A stretch of 64,000 bases of DNA. Origin: Camelus ferus (Eukaryota). The notes under the pieces were generated by a model, which ran no database searches, was not told where the DNA came from, and saw only the letters and a list, made by a program, of their open reading frames with translations. Shown in pieces: positions 1-13,310 of this stretch. Each line of letters opens with the position of its first letter. Position 1 is the stretch's first letter. The translations under genes were made by a program, and so were the position numbers. The stretch covers positions 94,552,001-94,616,000 of the forward strand of contig NC_045697.1 of NCBI RefSeq assembly GCF_009834535.1, given 5' to 3'.

Positions 1-105
1 TAAGTTAGCTCCTATGGGCATCAGTTTCCTCGTTTATACAACGAGGGGGTTGATGCCTCCTCATAGCCTTATTATGAGGATTGATCTATACAGTGCCTAG
101 TAGCT
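1..105 (+). mobile_element. MIR SINE fragment (core/3' part)
   Basis: CAGTTTCCTCGTTTATACAACGAGG...CCTCATAGCCTTATTATGAGGATT matches the MIR core CAGTTTCCTCATCTGTAAAATGGGG...CCTCATAGGGTTGTTGTGAGGATT. Confidence 0.8.
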
Positions 106-359
106 ACTTTTATTAAAATTAAACATTTCAGATTAATGTTGAAATCATTTATTACTTATTGCAACTACATGAACATATTTTCTAAAATACAACTTTTATG
201 GGGCTGCAAACCTACAGGAATCTACACTTCCTGTTCCCATTTAATAGATGCCGTTACTTTTTGTGTCCTAGCAAGGATGCTGAACTCTCTAAAATACTAT
301 CTTGAATTTTAGAGTAGATCATTTCAGTGAGGCTCTTTCCTCTGAATTCTTGGAATTTA

Positions 360-600
360 TTCACTTTCTTTCACTATTTCATTTAGGAAATATTTTCCAA
401 GCACCTATTAGTTGTCAGGCACTTGTAAGTGTAGAGAACAGAATGGTGAACAAAACCAGAGAAGAATTCTGCACTCACTGAGCATATAATCTAGTCAGCA
501 AAAGCACTACTAACAGAGAGATAAATAAACAAGTCATAGTTCAGAGGTCATAGGCCTTATGAAGAAAATAATGCAGAAAATAAGTGATGCAACATGTGTG
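360..600 (-). mobile_element. L2 3' end fragment
   Basis: AAATATTTTCCAAGCACCTATTAGTTGTCAGGCACT...GTGAACAAAACCAG...GAGCATATAATCTAGT is the reverse-strand L2 tail signature. Confidence 0.7.
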
Positions 601-1864
601 GTGTGTGTGGAGGGGAATCTCAGATGGATGTTATTATTAATATTGTTATTCATGTTTATCTATCATTGAAAAGTGGGGTGGGTATCCAAATCCTGTAAAC
701 TTAGGTGAATAACTGCATAATTATTATTATGCATATTATGTGTATTATGCATAATCACAGATCATCATATACATAACTCCCCACCCGGTTTCCAATAGTC
801 ATCTGCTATTTATTTACTGAGTGCCTTCCATCTGTTGATAAGGGTCTTCTCCCACCTACATTAAATGCGTCTAACACTCTCAACTATTAGAGCTAAATAT
901 TAGGCCCTATTAGAGCTTGTCTTGTTTGCCTTTCCCCTCCCCATTGAGTACTCTAGTCACAGGAATCAGTCTCCGCCTTCAAGTCATTTTCAATAACTCT
1001 TTCCCTTGTTCCAATTTTTTGAAATTATAATATCTGAAGAGCTAAAGAATGAGACATAGTATTAGGGGTCAGGGCAGGGGCCATGGGAAACTGAAAGACT
1101 GCCTAAAATTCAGCATGCAGTCAGTAGAAGGATGGCTATTCAGTTTTCTGCTTGGTTGAGATTTTGTTTCTGATCCAGGGATTAGAGAAAGAGGGAAGGA
1201 ATAAAGGTCTTTCTATCTTCTTTCTGGCAGGCTGGCACACGAGCAGCATCATACTGATTGTATATTTAATCCACTCCCCTTGGCCTTGTACTTAATGGAA
1301 ATTCCTCTCCTATTCTGACAATAAGTTGACAGTGAGTCCCAGTTCACAGTGTTGTGCAATTTCATCTTTTTAAGTCTCTTCCTAACTACTTTAGTGAAAA
1401 GGTGGAGGAAGCTGTTTCAAGGACTGCTAGCCAGATGACATTTGAAACTGGAAATGAAAGTATAGGTTTTTGAGTTTCCAATATATCTGTGTATTCTGTA
1501 TAAGAAATAATTTGTCCCACAACAAAGTGGATGTGCTACAATCTGACCTCATTAAAAAAAAGCTGAAGTATTAAAGCTAAATAAATAGGACATGTATTTG
1601 CTAAATTTCCAATGAGATCTCCATTGTTTTTTTCTTTCTTTAACCTGTGTATCATTTATAAACTTTTCTAATGCACTCTTCAAGTCAATTACCATGACAG
1701 GTACAAGTTACTGAATAAAAGAGAAGTTATTTAACACCTTTAGTATGGCTGTATTTTTCCAGGATAGAATTGGATCTCTTTTTAAATTAAAATGTAAAAA
1801 TTATACACAAACCACTTATCTTGTTTCCTATGCTTACAAAGACCAGTTCTTGAAATGCTTTTAA

Positions 1865-1980
1865 TTCAGTTAAGATATTAATAAATATTAATGGAGAATC
1901 AGCTGTTTTTTTTCTGCACTGTTCCAGGCACTGCACTCAGGAGTAAATAAAACAGACAAATACTGCCCACAAGGAACTTC
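1865..1980 (-). mobile_element. L2 3' end fragment
   Basis: CCAGGCACTG...AATAAAACAGACAAATACTGCCCACAAGGAACTT resembles the L2 tail. Confidence 0.55.
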
Positions 1981-2794
1981 CGCGTTCCATTTTCTGTGTC
2001 TCTGCTAAGTCTTCATACATCCTTCAAGTTTCACGTCCAATGCTGCTTTTCCCGACCTGTCTGCTCATTCTTAATTTTAAGCTTTTTGAAGGTGAAAACC
2101 ATATTTATACCTTTATAAGTTCCCAATTTAATTCCTCAATATGTGCTTATTAAACAGAATCAAATTTAACTACATAGCTATGCTTTCAATAGAAAATGGC
2201 ATTTTTGAGTGTCCTTGTTTTTGTCCTTTAAGAAAAGTTTCTCTTTCTGTGATCTTTTCTTGAAGTAAATAGTTGTAATTATCAAATAGGAAATATCTGT
2301 ATCTCAGGTTATTTATTATTATTGGGGATTAAATTTTTCATAAATGTAGCTAAAACATTACAGAACTTTGTTAAGTAATATTAGGAAGTCAGCTTATGAA
2401 TTCTAATGAATCTGAGAAATATTTAAATAATTCATAAGTACACTCAAAATACACGCTCATACACACATGCACACACATATCTTCAGATTAGCTGATAATA
2501 ATAGCAACGTTCAAAACAGTGGTTAAGTTTATGAAGCTTATAAATTTATGGAACTCAGTGCCAGATTAATATAAAAAGTGAGAGGTGCTAATAGAAAAAC
2601 TCAAAAACATTACACGACTTTTGGAACTTTATCTCACAATTCTTGAATTAAATCACAAAAGAAGCCATTATTCATAATTAGGTGTGTATTTTCATAATGC
2701 CTCAATTTCAGTGTGTGAGAATTAAGCCTTCTCTTCTTAGCAACTGATTTGTTTTTCTAAAATAAAGTTTAGTTTTTGTTCTGCTATTAAACTG

Positions 2795-2856
2795 AGGCAC
2801 AGATGTGTGGCCAAACTCTACAATGCAAACAAGTTCTTAGACTGCATTATTAAATC
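2795..2856 (+). mobile_element. possible L3/CR1 fragment
   Basis: CAGATGTGTGGCC...GCAAACAAGTTCTTAGACTGCATTA resembles CR1/L3 ...GCAAATGCGATCTTAGGCTGCATTA; short match. Confidence 0.3.
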
Positions 2857-3855
2857 AGGTTTATTTTTTCTTATCATTTCAGTTTTCTTTTGTCTTGACT
2901 AATAGTATTCACTGCTGTATTTCATGCATTTTTCAAGCTGTTTTCCATCCATTTTGTAAGAGATAAGGTATCAGTCATTAAATAAAACAGGGAAAAATAA
3001 ATATAAAATTCAGGTAATTTTTAAAATGAACTAATATATTACAGATCACAGTATATGCCTAAGGTAGGATTAATAAGCACAGGAATTATGTATTCCAAAA
3101 AAGTAGTCAGAATTAAATATAAAAACAATTACATCACTAAGTCACACCCTCTCATACAACTAAACAGATCAAAATAATTCATCAGTTTCAGGTATTTACT
3201 AGGGAGAAACATTAAAGTAATACTCTTAAATATAGATCTCTAACAAATTTCACAAGTAAAACTTACAAATATCCCTATGTCAATTTAACTAATTTTGCTA
3301 GAGTAATATCTGATATCAGTAAGATCATATCGAGTAAGTTTCCTCTGGTAGCAGACCTTGCTTGGCTATAAATCCTGTAATTTAAAGATCATAGTATTAT
3401 CATTCAATAATAAAACAAGAAATAAAGAGTAGTCCCAAGAGGAGTGCTGGGAGCTAGACATCATCATGTTTGTTTAGTGGAGCATGGGCTTTGGGCGCTG
3501 CCTCAGATATGACAGTCGATGGACAGTGAGAAGAAAAGTACTTACAACTACACACACCAGCATGAGAAGGCTTTCAGGAAGAGGCCCATGCTAGAGCTTC
3601 ACAGCTGAGGGCCTCCCACTTGGGGGCCACAGTGCCCCTGGGGAAGGTAAGGTCTTATTGATCTTCTAAAGCATAAAATAAAATTAACAAAGAGCCAAAC
3701 AATGGAAACTGATTCTATAACACTATTTCTATTCTTGCAGGAGATGAGGGCAGGGGAGTCTTAAGTGTGACAGCAGTTAAACATTGAGACTCCAACAGAT
3801 AGGATTGTTGCCAGTAGCATCAGTGAAAGGGTCAATAACCAAAAACAAAGCACAC

Positions 3856-4236
3856 TGGATTTTTCTCCAGGAAACAGAACCTATAGGATATATGTATACA
3901 TAGAAAGACAAACTTATTTCAAGGAATTGGCTTATATGATTACAGAGGCCGGCAAGTACAAAGCCTGCAAGGTGGACTGGCTAGAAACTTAGGAAGAGTC
4001 AGTGCTGCAATTCAGTTCTGAAGGCTGGGTACCGGCAGAATTTCTTCTTGCTCTGGGAAGGTCAGTCTTTTGTTCTATTCAGGCCTTCAGCTGATTGAAT
4101 GAGGGAGGGCAATCTGCTTTACTCAAAGTCTACTGATGAAACTATTAATCTCATCCAAAAACATCTTTAGAGAAACATCCAGAATAACATTTGAGCACTG
4201 TGCTCCAGCCAGGTTGACACATAAAATTAAACATTA
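3856..4236 (-). mobile_element. MLT2-family (ERVL) solo LTR
   Basis: GAAACAGAACCTATAGGA...AAGGAATTGGCT...TTCTATTCAGGCCTTCAGCTGATTG...CCAGGTTGACACATAAAATTAA is typical of MLT2 in reverse orientation. Confidence 0.85.
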
Positions 4237-4544
4237 ATTAATCATACTGGGCCAGACCTAGAAAAAATTAAAACATTTACTCCAATAAATTTTAAGCCCT
4301 ATTTCTTACTGTTTTTAAAAGCAGGACAACAATAAATGGTTCGAAGTAAGAGACCAAAAAGGGACCCACAAGAGCTCAAGTTCTAATGACCTAGCCGATG
4401 ACAAATGTAATGAGTCTGACTGGTGAGTAGGTACATTTGTCCTTAATGTTGCTACCATTATACATCCAGGCTGATGCTATTTACCCATCACATGAGAACA
4501 GTTATTATATTGACAAATGTATAAATGAATAAAATCATTTCATT

Positions 4545-5030
4545 TACTTGCTTGAATCTGTATCATGGCTTCCCTTAGAGCTTCAATTATGATCCAAACT
4601 CAAAACATGGCCTAAGTTCCTTTTGACAGTGGTGCCCTGTTCACCTCTTGAATTCATCTCTTGCCACTTTTCCTACTGAACTCTGTTTCAGCTAATTTCT
4701 AGAAAATAACAATCATTTTCTAACTCAGGAATTTTGAACAAATTGTTCCCTTTGCCTAGACAAACATCAGCATTCATTAATGACCAGCCCCTCCTCATTT
4801 ACTCAGCCTAGGTTCAAGTGATGTTTGTCTCGAGAGGAATGCCCCAATTCCAAGCCTCATTTAGTCCTCTTCTCTCTCATAGCCCCACTTATACACATAG
4901 CTTTTATCACAATTTTTAATACATATTTATGTTTATTTGTTTAATATTTTTCTGACAGGCTATTTTATTCACTGCTGTATTTTTAAAGCTTGGCACAATT
5001 TCTTGTAAGTAATTCAATAATCATATTTAA
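4545..5030 (+). mobile_element. L2 3' region
   Basis: ATGGCTTCCC...TCCAAACTC...ATGGCCT...TGTTCCCTTTGCCTAGA...TTCACTGCTGTAT...TGGCACA. Confidence 0.7.
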
Positions 5031-5309
5031 CTAATTTATAGTTCATTTTTAAGCACCTAATACACCAAGATGTTTTATGTATTAACTGCTGAACAGTGTG
5101 CCAAATTTTTAGTTATATTAATAATATCAAAGACTACAACTATACCTGTTAAACATTTCTTTTCAGTCTAATAATCAAACACGTCAATAATTTTAAATTT
5201 TGAATTTTATCATCCATGTATTTAATACCCATTATAAATTTAGCCTAATTTCAAACTTTATAAACATGTTCTTCATGCAATTTTCTCCAGCCACTCGAAT
5301 GTGTAAATC

Positions 5310-6120
5310 AGGGGACTTCCAGTTGAAATAATATGATGAACTTGTTTGTTGAGCTCCCTCTCTGTCTCAACAAACAGCAATAAAAAAGTAAAAGAGAAAA
5401 AGATGGCAAATTAAGAAAGCATTGACAATCTAAAAAGTCTAAGATAAATAGTTTCGTGAACTATTATGTAAGTGATCCAGAAAGTTCAAACCCATGAGCT
5501 CAGAACTGATTCAGAAAAGGCAAATGGCTCAAAGAAAGATAAAGAGAATAAATATTTTTCATGAGGAACAAGAGACTAAAAACAGGCTCAGTGATTAAAC
5601 TGGAACCACAATATACACAGGCTTAATGACTAAAACTTTTCAGAATTAAAGAAATGAGTAAATAAACTCAGTTTGAAAGTTGATACTGAGTTCTAAAGAA
5701 GACAAATAAAAACACATCCATAACTAGGTACTCGATAATGAAACAGTAAAACAACAAAAGAAAAAGAAAATTCTTGAAGGCTACCAGATGAAAAACAACA
5801 TTTTTTTTCTGTAAAATCACAATGATTAGATGACAGCAGGATTTTCTTTTACACTAACAACAAGGAGAGAACAAAACATAATATTTCTACATGTTTAAAG
5901 AACATGTTATGATTCAGAATTAACTTCCCAGCTAAGTTGCTGTACAAAAGTCTGGACAAATTTTCTGTGCTTATTAGATTGTTCCAATGAATAAAGCATA
6001 AGAGATACTCTAAAAATCTTTTTTTTTCTAAGGATTCTTAAGAGTAAGGTCTGAAAACTATCAAATGAAGTTTAAAAGAAAAGAGGAGATCTCATAAAAT
6101 AAAAAATAAAGGATCTCTAA
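5310..6120 (+). mobile_element. old L1 (L1M/HAL1-like) 5' end and decayed ORF1
   Basis: Starts GGGGACTTCCAG; A-rich ORF1-like tract AAAACTTTTCAGAATTAAAG...AAAATTCTTGAAGGCTACCAG...GATTAGATGACAGCAGGATTTTC; no intact ORF. Confidence 0.6.
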
Positions 6121-6329
6121 TAAACAGGAAGTTAAAAAGAAAGAGTTAGGAGCCAAGGTTATGATGGGGTCTATGTGCCTAGTTTGGTAAAGAAGCAGCT
6201 GGCCTTCCCACAGTGGATGTGGGACGGAGACAGGGCTGAGCTAGAACAGATTGGGAAGGTGGAACTGACAGTCACCAGGTCAAGTGTGACTCTAGAAGAG
6301 CTAGTGAATAGATAAATAAAGAAAAAAAT

Positions 6330-8260
6330 CTGGCCACCCACAGAAAACGATAAACAAACATATCACAGTCTTATTTACAAAAGTATACATAAATATCTCC
6401 TAAGGAAACTATACAAAACCAGATGTAGAGGTTGTTTTAATAAACATAAAGATACATTGTTATCAGAAACATGTCAATATAATATATCAGGTTATTTTAA
6501 AAGTCACATGGTCAGTTAAAAGGACTCAGAAAAATAATGTATAAAGACATTCATGATATAAAACCTTTGTAAACTGTGAAGAGAAGCTTAGTAAACTAGA
6601 AGAGACTGCTTTATCTTCACGGAGTGTAGTGCATACATCATTCTCAAAGCAAAACTCTAGAAACATATTAAAGTTAGGAACAGGAAAAGGATGCCCAGTA
6701 TCACCCCCATTATTGAATGCATTACTGGTCCTAGATAACATAAAAAAGCAATAAAAATAAATTAAATACAACAATTGTAAAGTTAGTCATTTAAAGATGA
6801 TATGATTGCGAACATATATAACCTAATGAAATCTAGAAGCAATAAGAATTAATCAGAAATTTCAGCAAGGTTGCAAGATATAAGATCAAGATCCAGAAAT
6901 CAATACCACTTCTACACACCAGCAAAAAATAATGTTAAAATGTAATAATAAAATAAAATCCTATTCTGCAATAACAGCAAAAATTATGTTACCTACTAAT
7001 AAATTTAATGAAAGATATTTATAGAGAAAATTATGAAATGTTACTGAAGGGACAAAAAAATCTAAACAGAGAAATGCTCTCCTTGTCTAAATGGAAATCA
7101 TCTTTATTTTAGAGATTTTTTTCCCTCTGATAGTTTATCTATAAATTCAGAGAAATTAAAACCCACACTTTTTAAATGGAATGAACTTACTTGATGTAAA
7201 TGGCTAAGAATTATCAAAAATATAAAGAATAATTAAGTGGGAGGTGGAAAAAAGATATAAAGAATTATTATGAAGTCAAAAAATTTGGATAGTTTGCTAT
7301 TGATACAATTTTATAGATAAATATACCTAAAGAATATACAGAGAACCCATAACACAGCATGTATATACTGAAACTTAGTATGTACTAGCAGACATTAAAA
7401 AAAAATCAATACTCACCAAGATTATTGTAGGTCAATTGGCCAGTACCCTAGCAAGTAAAATACAATTCTATACTATTGCAACGACATATGTAAATTTATT
7501 TCAGACATATTAAGATCTAAACTGAAAATAAATTCTTTAAACTTACATTAGAAATGGAGAGAAAAATCTTTATAATCTTAGGTTAGGAAAGATTCCGTAA
7601 GCAAAATACAAAAGTACCAACCATGAAAGGAAAATTGTATAAATTTTGACTACCAATGAATATTTCTGTCCATCAAAATGTCAAAAGATACTCTAAACAA
7701 AATAAAAAAGACAAGCTACAGACTTAGAGATGATGATTGCAAGGCATTGGAGAGTCAAAGATTTGTAATCAGATTATAAAACAAATTCCAAAATAATAGA
7801 AGAACAAATAATGCCAATAAAAAAGAAAAAGCATGAAAAGACCATCCACAAAAGTGAAACTATGAATACAAAATAAATGTGAAAAGTTGTCAAACTCAGT
7901 ATTAATCAGGAAACTAATCTGAAATATCCCATTTCATCTCTATCAGATTTGATTCCATAACTTAGGGAAGATAATAAATGTGGGATAATACTGCTGGTGG
8001 GACTACACATTGTTATGTCCACTTCAGGGAGAAATTTAGCACCAATTGGTATAGTTGGAGATATGCCAACAAAAGTTGACATTTCCATTTAAAAGTATGT
8101 ATCTAAAGAAAAGGGTATATATGTTTCACTAAAACTCTTGTACATGTATACAAGAAGATCTATACAGAAATTTTTACTGCATCATTATTTGTAATAGAAA
8201 AACCTATTGGAAATATATGTTTATCAGTAAGAGAATGGATGAATAGCTATATGCATATGA
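6330..8260 (+). mobile_element. old L1 (L1ME-like) decayed ORF2 to 3' end
   Basis: GGAACAGGAAAAGGATGCCCAGTATCACCCCCATTATT (RT GTRQGCPLSP relic), GATGATATGATT (DDMI), TTCAGCAAGGTTGCAAGATATAAGATCAA, and a 3' GAGAATGGATGAAT; many stops and frameshifts. Confidence 0.85.
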
Positions 8261-8423
8261 ATGAATAGCTCATCTGTATGTGTGTTTTCCTTTGTACCCA
8301 TGTACATAGAGTCTAACTAAGCACATCATTTCATGCCACTATGATCACCAGGCAGTGTATGACTAACACTTTTTACTTGATTGTATAGTTTTTCCTTTTT
8401 TTCTGATCTTCATTTTTATTATT

Positions 8424-8910
8424 TGTGATAGCCTCAAAGTGGCCCCAGTGATGCCTGCCAACTGTTGTGCAGTCTCCTGCCACATCTACCAGGGTTGGGC
8501 TGTGTGACCTAGAGAATACTGCAGAAGTAAAGTTATGTCAACTTCTGATGTTATACAAGACCTTGTAGTTTGTTCCCTTCCTTCCTTCCTTCCTTCCTTC
8601 CTCAGATGCTATGTCTTGAGGACATTCAAGGCAGCCCAGTGAAGATGAGCATGGTAACAAACTGAGGTCACCAGCCAACAACTGTGCACTGTACAAGCCA
8701 TTCTTGGAAGTTGGTCCTTAACCCCAGAAAAACCTTTAGATGCCTATAGGGTAGACCCACATTTTGACTGCAGCAAGAGGAATCCTGAACCAGAACCACC
8801 CTACTAAGCCATTCCTGTATCCCTGACCCTCAGAAACTATGAAGTAAAAATATTTATTGCTTTAAGTCACTAAGTTTTGGAGTTATTTGCTAAGCAGCAA
8901 TCACTAATGC
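8424..8910 (+). mobile_element. MLT1 (E/F-like, MaLR) solo LTR
   Basis: TGTGATAGCCTCAAAGTGGCCCC start; CCAGAACCACCCTACTAAGCC...TGACCCTCAGAAACT...TTTAAGTCACTAAGTTTTGGAGTTATTTG end. Confidence 0.85.
8577..8602. repeat. (CTTC)n microsatellite inside the MLT1
   Basis: About 6 perfect CTTC units. Confidence 0.95.
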
Positions 8911-10230
8911 TTTCCTTTTCACCTTAGACACCAATGCTATGTGTTTGATATTGACTTTTTGTAAGTATATATCCTCGAAAGATACATAATGTTGCTTTTT
9001 GTACATGTGTTTTTAATTTATAAATTTATTAAAATGCTGTTGCAGTATAGATGCTATTGTTTCATTTTCATGTTTTTAAGATCTACCAGTTTTGCTTTAT
9101 AACTGGTAGTATTTTTCTCTAAATGCAGAAGAGCATCTTCTAGTCTGCATTCTCCATGACTTATCTTCCTGCATATCCCTTTAGAGACGCATGACTAGTT
9201 TTCTCAAAGATTATATATACCCTGAAAGGAATTGCTGGGTCATAGTATATACTTCCCATTTTCTTTTTGAAGACTGATTTCATTGCCTCCCATCTCTTCC
9301 TTATTCTCATAAATATATCTACGTTTTATTTACTGTTTCATTAGATAACATATTGATATAAGGCAACATTTAAAAGTTGAAGTTTGCATTACTGCTATTT
9401 CCATCAGCCTCACATTTCTTCTCCCCAGAAGGCAAACTCTTTAGGAATCTGATTAAAATGATGTTTTGTATAGACAAACAAATACAGATTCTTTACATTT
9501 TCACCCAAGTAGAGCACATTAAACACATTGTTTCACACTGAGCTATTTTTTTTTTTACTTTTTATCTTGAAGAAGTTTCTACTTTAGAATGTAAATGATT
9601 ATTCTTTATACAAGTACATGGCATATCATTGTTTGATTTTATCATAATTATTTTATAATATCTTTTTAGATGTAGTTGATTAATTCCCATTTTTTGAACT
9701 TTCAAATAACCCTGAAAAGAATAATCTTAAGCAGATAAAATCATTTTACATATGTGCAAGTTTATTAATAAAATATATGTTTAGAAATATATTTCTGGGT
9801 CAAAGGGTAAGTGCATTTATATATAAGAGAGATATTCATATTTAAATGGATATCTCCCTATAAAAGTATCAATTTACATATATCAGAGGATCAATGCTTG
9901 AGTTTACAAATTCCTCATTATCTTCCCTTGCCAAAGTGTGAATTCAAACTTTTAAATTCGTTTTGTTTGCTTAATGTGTGTGTTTGTGTAATGCACACAA
10001 ATATTGAAACATGTATGTTACTGAAAGGTGTAAATGCACGTATTCAAAATTTAGGCGGTACAGAAAGTGAATGGGGAAAAGCAGACTGAGGTCACACCCC
10101 TTAGTCACACAGTCATTTCTCCTGTGGCCATGACTATGCTTGTCAGCTACATACATGTATGAGTTTGGGTACATAGATGAATTCCACTTATTTGAGTATA
10201 TTTGTACTTTTTTCATATTACAAGAACTGG
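8911..10230 (-). mobile_element. cluster of old L1ME/L1MC 3' fragments
   Basis: GGAATTGCTGGGTCATAG, TCCCCAGAAGGCAAAC, TTTCTGGGTCAAAGGGTAAGTGCATTT; probably several separate fragments. Confidence 0.6.
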
Positions 10231-10409
10231 AGTGAGAAAGCCCTTGCAAAGCGCTGTTTTAAAAAGAGCACCAGATTTCTGTGTAACCACTTATATTAAG
10301 ACTATATGCCTTTATTATTGCACCATTCAGCCTCAGGCAAACATCATCACTGATGCGGATCTTAACAAAACGATGTATTTTTATTCACTCTCCACTTACT
10401 CTAAAAGAG

Positions 10410-10660
10410 CTTGAGTAAGTAGCTCTACACTACTGCTGCTCATGTTTGAGCTTGCTTGGATCCAGATGGTCTGGGGTCTGCACAACAGTTGTTCTGGGCT
10501 CCTCCCCTATGGCGCATCTGTCATCTCTGTCCAGTCAATGGAAGGGGAGATGCGACATCACACAGGATCTTAAATGCATTGTCCCAGAACTTGTGAACAT
10601 AACCTTTGTTGACTTCCTACTGAAGAAAGTACGCTTACATCGTCATACCTAATTTCTAAA
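10410..10660 (-). mobile_element. old MLT1 (K/L/M-like) LTR fragment
   Basis: CTTAAATGCATTGTCCCAGAACTTGTGAACATAAC...CATACCTAA resembles the old MLT1 reverse strand. Confidence 0.45.
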
Positions 10661-10809
10661 TTTCTAATACAATTTAGTTTTGAACATATATTTCTTTATT
10701 ACATGCCCACATAAAAGCACAGAATAAAGTGCTTTTTTGCCTTTTATTGTTTTATTGTTGTTGTTGTTAAGCTGTTTACTATGCAAAGTGAGGCCATATT
10801 GAAGAGCAG

Positions 10810-11500
10810 AGGTTGTCTTTGTCATGTTTTAGAGTTTTAACTTTTGCACTTATACTATAATCCTCACAGAATGTACATTTAGATGTGGTATGAGGAGACA
10901 CCTGTCTTTTACTTTCATGATAGGCAATGAGTTTTCTCAATTTAATGCTACTGTTCTTGACCTACCTATTCCCATTTGTGTGGGAACATTCTTTCAGTTT
11001 TCTAATATGTTCCTTTGTTTTCTTTATCCCTGTGCTAATATTAAACTACATAAATGTCTTTTTACATATTTATTAACGCAATTTTCTCAATATATTTTTT
11101 TAATTGTTGTTAATTTAAAAACTCATGCCAGAGTTTTATAAAAAGATTTCTAAATTTCACACATTTACAAACACAGACACAGACATCTATTAAAACTTTC
11201 ATTAGGAGCCCTTTAAGTAGAACAATTACAAAATGTTAATAACCCTATATAAATATATCCCATTTATAAATATGACACATCTGTCCATTTATACAGGATC
11301 TTCTTTCATATGTTTAAATAAAACATTTACATTTTTCCCATAACTTTTATATATGTTCTACTAATTGTTTAAAACTTTATCATTTTATGATGATTGTATG
11401 AACTGCCTTTGTGTCTATTATATATTCTAATAACTATTTAATGATGAGTATGGTTTCTATCATATTCTATCAATAAGACTTCAGTAGCCTTACTGAAGGC
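10810..11500 (-). mobile_element. old L1 ORF2 relic
   Basis: GATGTGGTATGAGG...; CTGTCCATTTATACAGGATCTTCTTTCAT antisense L1 signatures. Confidence 0.55.
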
Positions 11501-11534
11501 TACTTATGTATTTGCAGTGTCAGGAATGTGATAA

Positions 11535-11770
11535 CTGTAGTTGAATGAAATTTAACTTTAAAGATGAAAATACCTGGTTCTGGTTTTGACTATACCTTTA
11601 TTTTTATCTAATCATGCCCAATTTTTTTAACTCTACGTGACTTAGTAAATTAGACATAATAACACGTGTGCTTTTAATGAATTTACTTAACAATAATATG
11701 GTACAACATATATAATTTCTGTATCTATTATAATAGGCTGTACAACGTAAAATTAATGTAACATTGGTAG
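11535..11770 (+). mobile_element. degraded MIR
   Basis: Weak similarity to the MIR layout (ACCTGGTTCTGG...TTAACTCT...GTAAATTAGACATAATAAC). Confidence 0.4.
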
Positions 11771-12409
11771 TTTGTAGAGTTCAGTTCGGTAAACAGTTAT
11801 TGAGTGCATGCTATGTCTCCTGTACAAAATAATAAAAGCAACAACAATAATAACAGTAACAACAAAATCATAAAGGTAAACAGATGTTTTGACTTAAGAA
11901 GCTTGCATTCTAATTCTTTTAAAAGCATTGGGGTGAGTGTTCAACTAAGTACACCTATTCATGGCTTCTGGGGCCTTAAATTATAATCCTCATCGACGTT
12001 GACAAATGACTTTATGAGTCTGTTAGTATGAAAACTTCTTACTAAAATGCAAAAGAACCGATATATTAAGAAATGTTATTTCTAAATCTAGAAAAAAAAT
12101 TCAGCTGATTAACTCACCAATTATGTGAAATAAATTTTACCTAATGGTGGGAAAAATCTAAAATACTAGAGTAATCATTTAACTCATGACCTATATCATT
12201 CTTTCCCCCCTTCCTTGGTTGAGTGTCCTTTCCCTCCACACAATGTCTACATAACAGCATTTGACTACAGAGTTGAGTATAAAGATCTATCTTTGCATAG
12301 TCTCTAAATTTAGTTTTATAATAACTATAACTTTTCATAAGTTATAGTTCTGAATCTTTTGCTTTAACTGACAAAATATTTTATTTTTTATATTGTAATA
12401 ATTTTAACA

Positions 12410-13310
12410 TCTCTACTTGAGAGCTGAACTGTGCTTCAAATTTCAGAAACTATTACTAACTGAAAAGCAGACACAACTACATATGTCCTATAAGAATCTA
12501 AATATGTGTCTATCCACAGCCTAAACTCATTTTAGTTCTTCTTAAAAAAATTTCATGTCTAGTGTTCTTTATCATTACCCTCCAGTCACTTAGTTGGAAC
12601 CTTGACAGACATGAGAGAGCCTTCCTTTCCCTTAACTCCTAAACATAACTTGCAATTCCATGGGTGCTTGATTCCAAAGACCTTCTTCAAGCACTTCTAT
12701 TCATTTCATCCCCACTATCCCTGGCCTACTCACAGCCCCCATAATATTTCACTTACAGTAACACTAATATCTTAGGCTCTCTGCTACCTTCCTGCACCAC
12801 TTCATTCAGTCTTTAGTATTGCTGTTAAAATGAGTTTAGTTTGTGCATTTTACCTTGTCTCAACCTACTGTGATCTTTTAGATTTCCTAGGAGATTAAAA
12901 AAAAACCCATTGTGATTGAGTCTAGCAAAGCTGTCCAGAATCATCTGGCTGTACTTACCTATGCACACTATATTAGAACTAGAATACACCAGGTGTAATA
13001 GTCTGTACCTGTGACTATCTACTCTTACGTTGCTGCCCCTACCTAAATTGCACTTCCTTTTCTCTCCTGAAAACTTCTACAAAGCCTTTTGCCATTTCGT
13101 AAAACAGATTCTCTCCTCTCTATGTCAAAAATGCTTTTCTGACATCCCACAAAGAGCACCAACAGGATTCCATTTGTTTCTCTCTTTTGTTTGGAATCCT
13201 AGATGATGACTCTCTTTGCAGGGATTCATCTTTCTTCTTTAGTCCCTTGCACAGTGCTTGGAGCATGTATATATATAGATACTTGCTAACAGTACACAAT
13301 AATGAATATG
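12410..13310 (+). mobile_element. L2 3' region (~900 bp)
   Basis: CCAGTCACTTAGTTGGAACCTTG, CATCCCCACTATCCCTGGCCTACTCACAGCC, TGCTGCCCCTACCTAAATTGCAC, GCACAGTGCTTGG. Confidence 0.7.
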
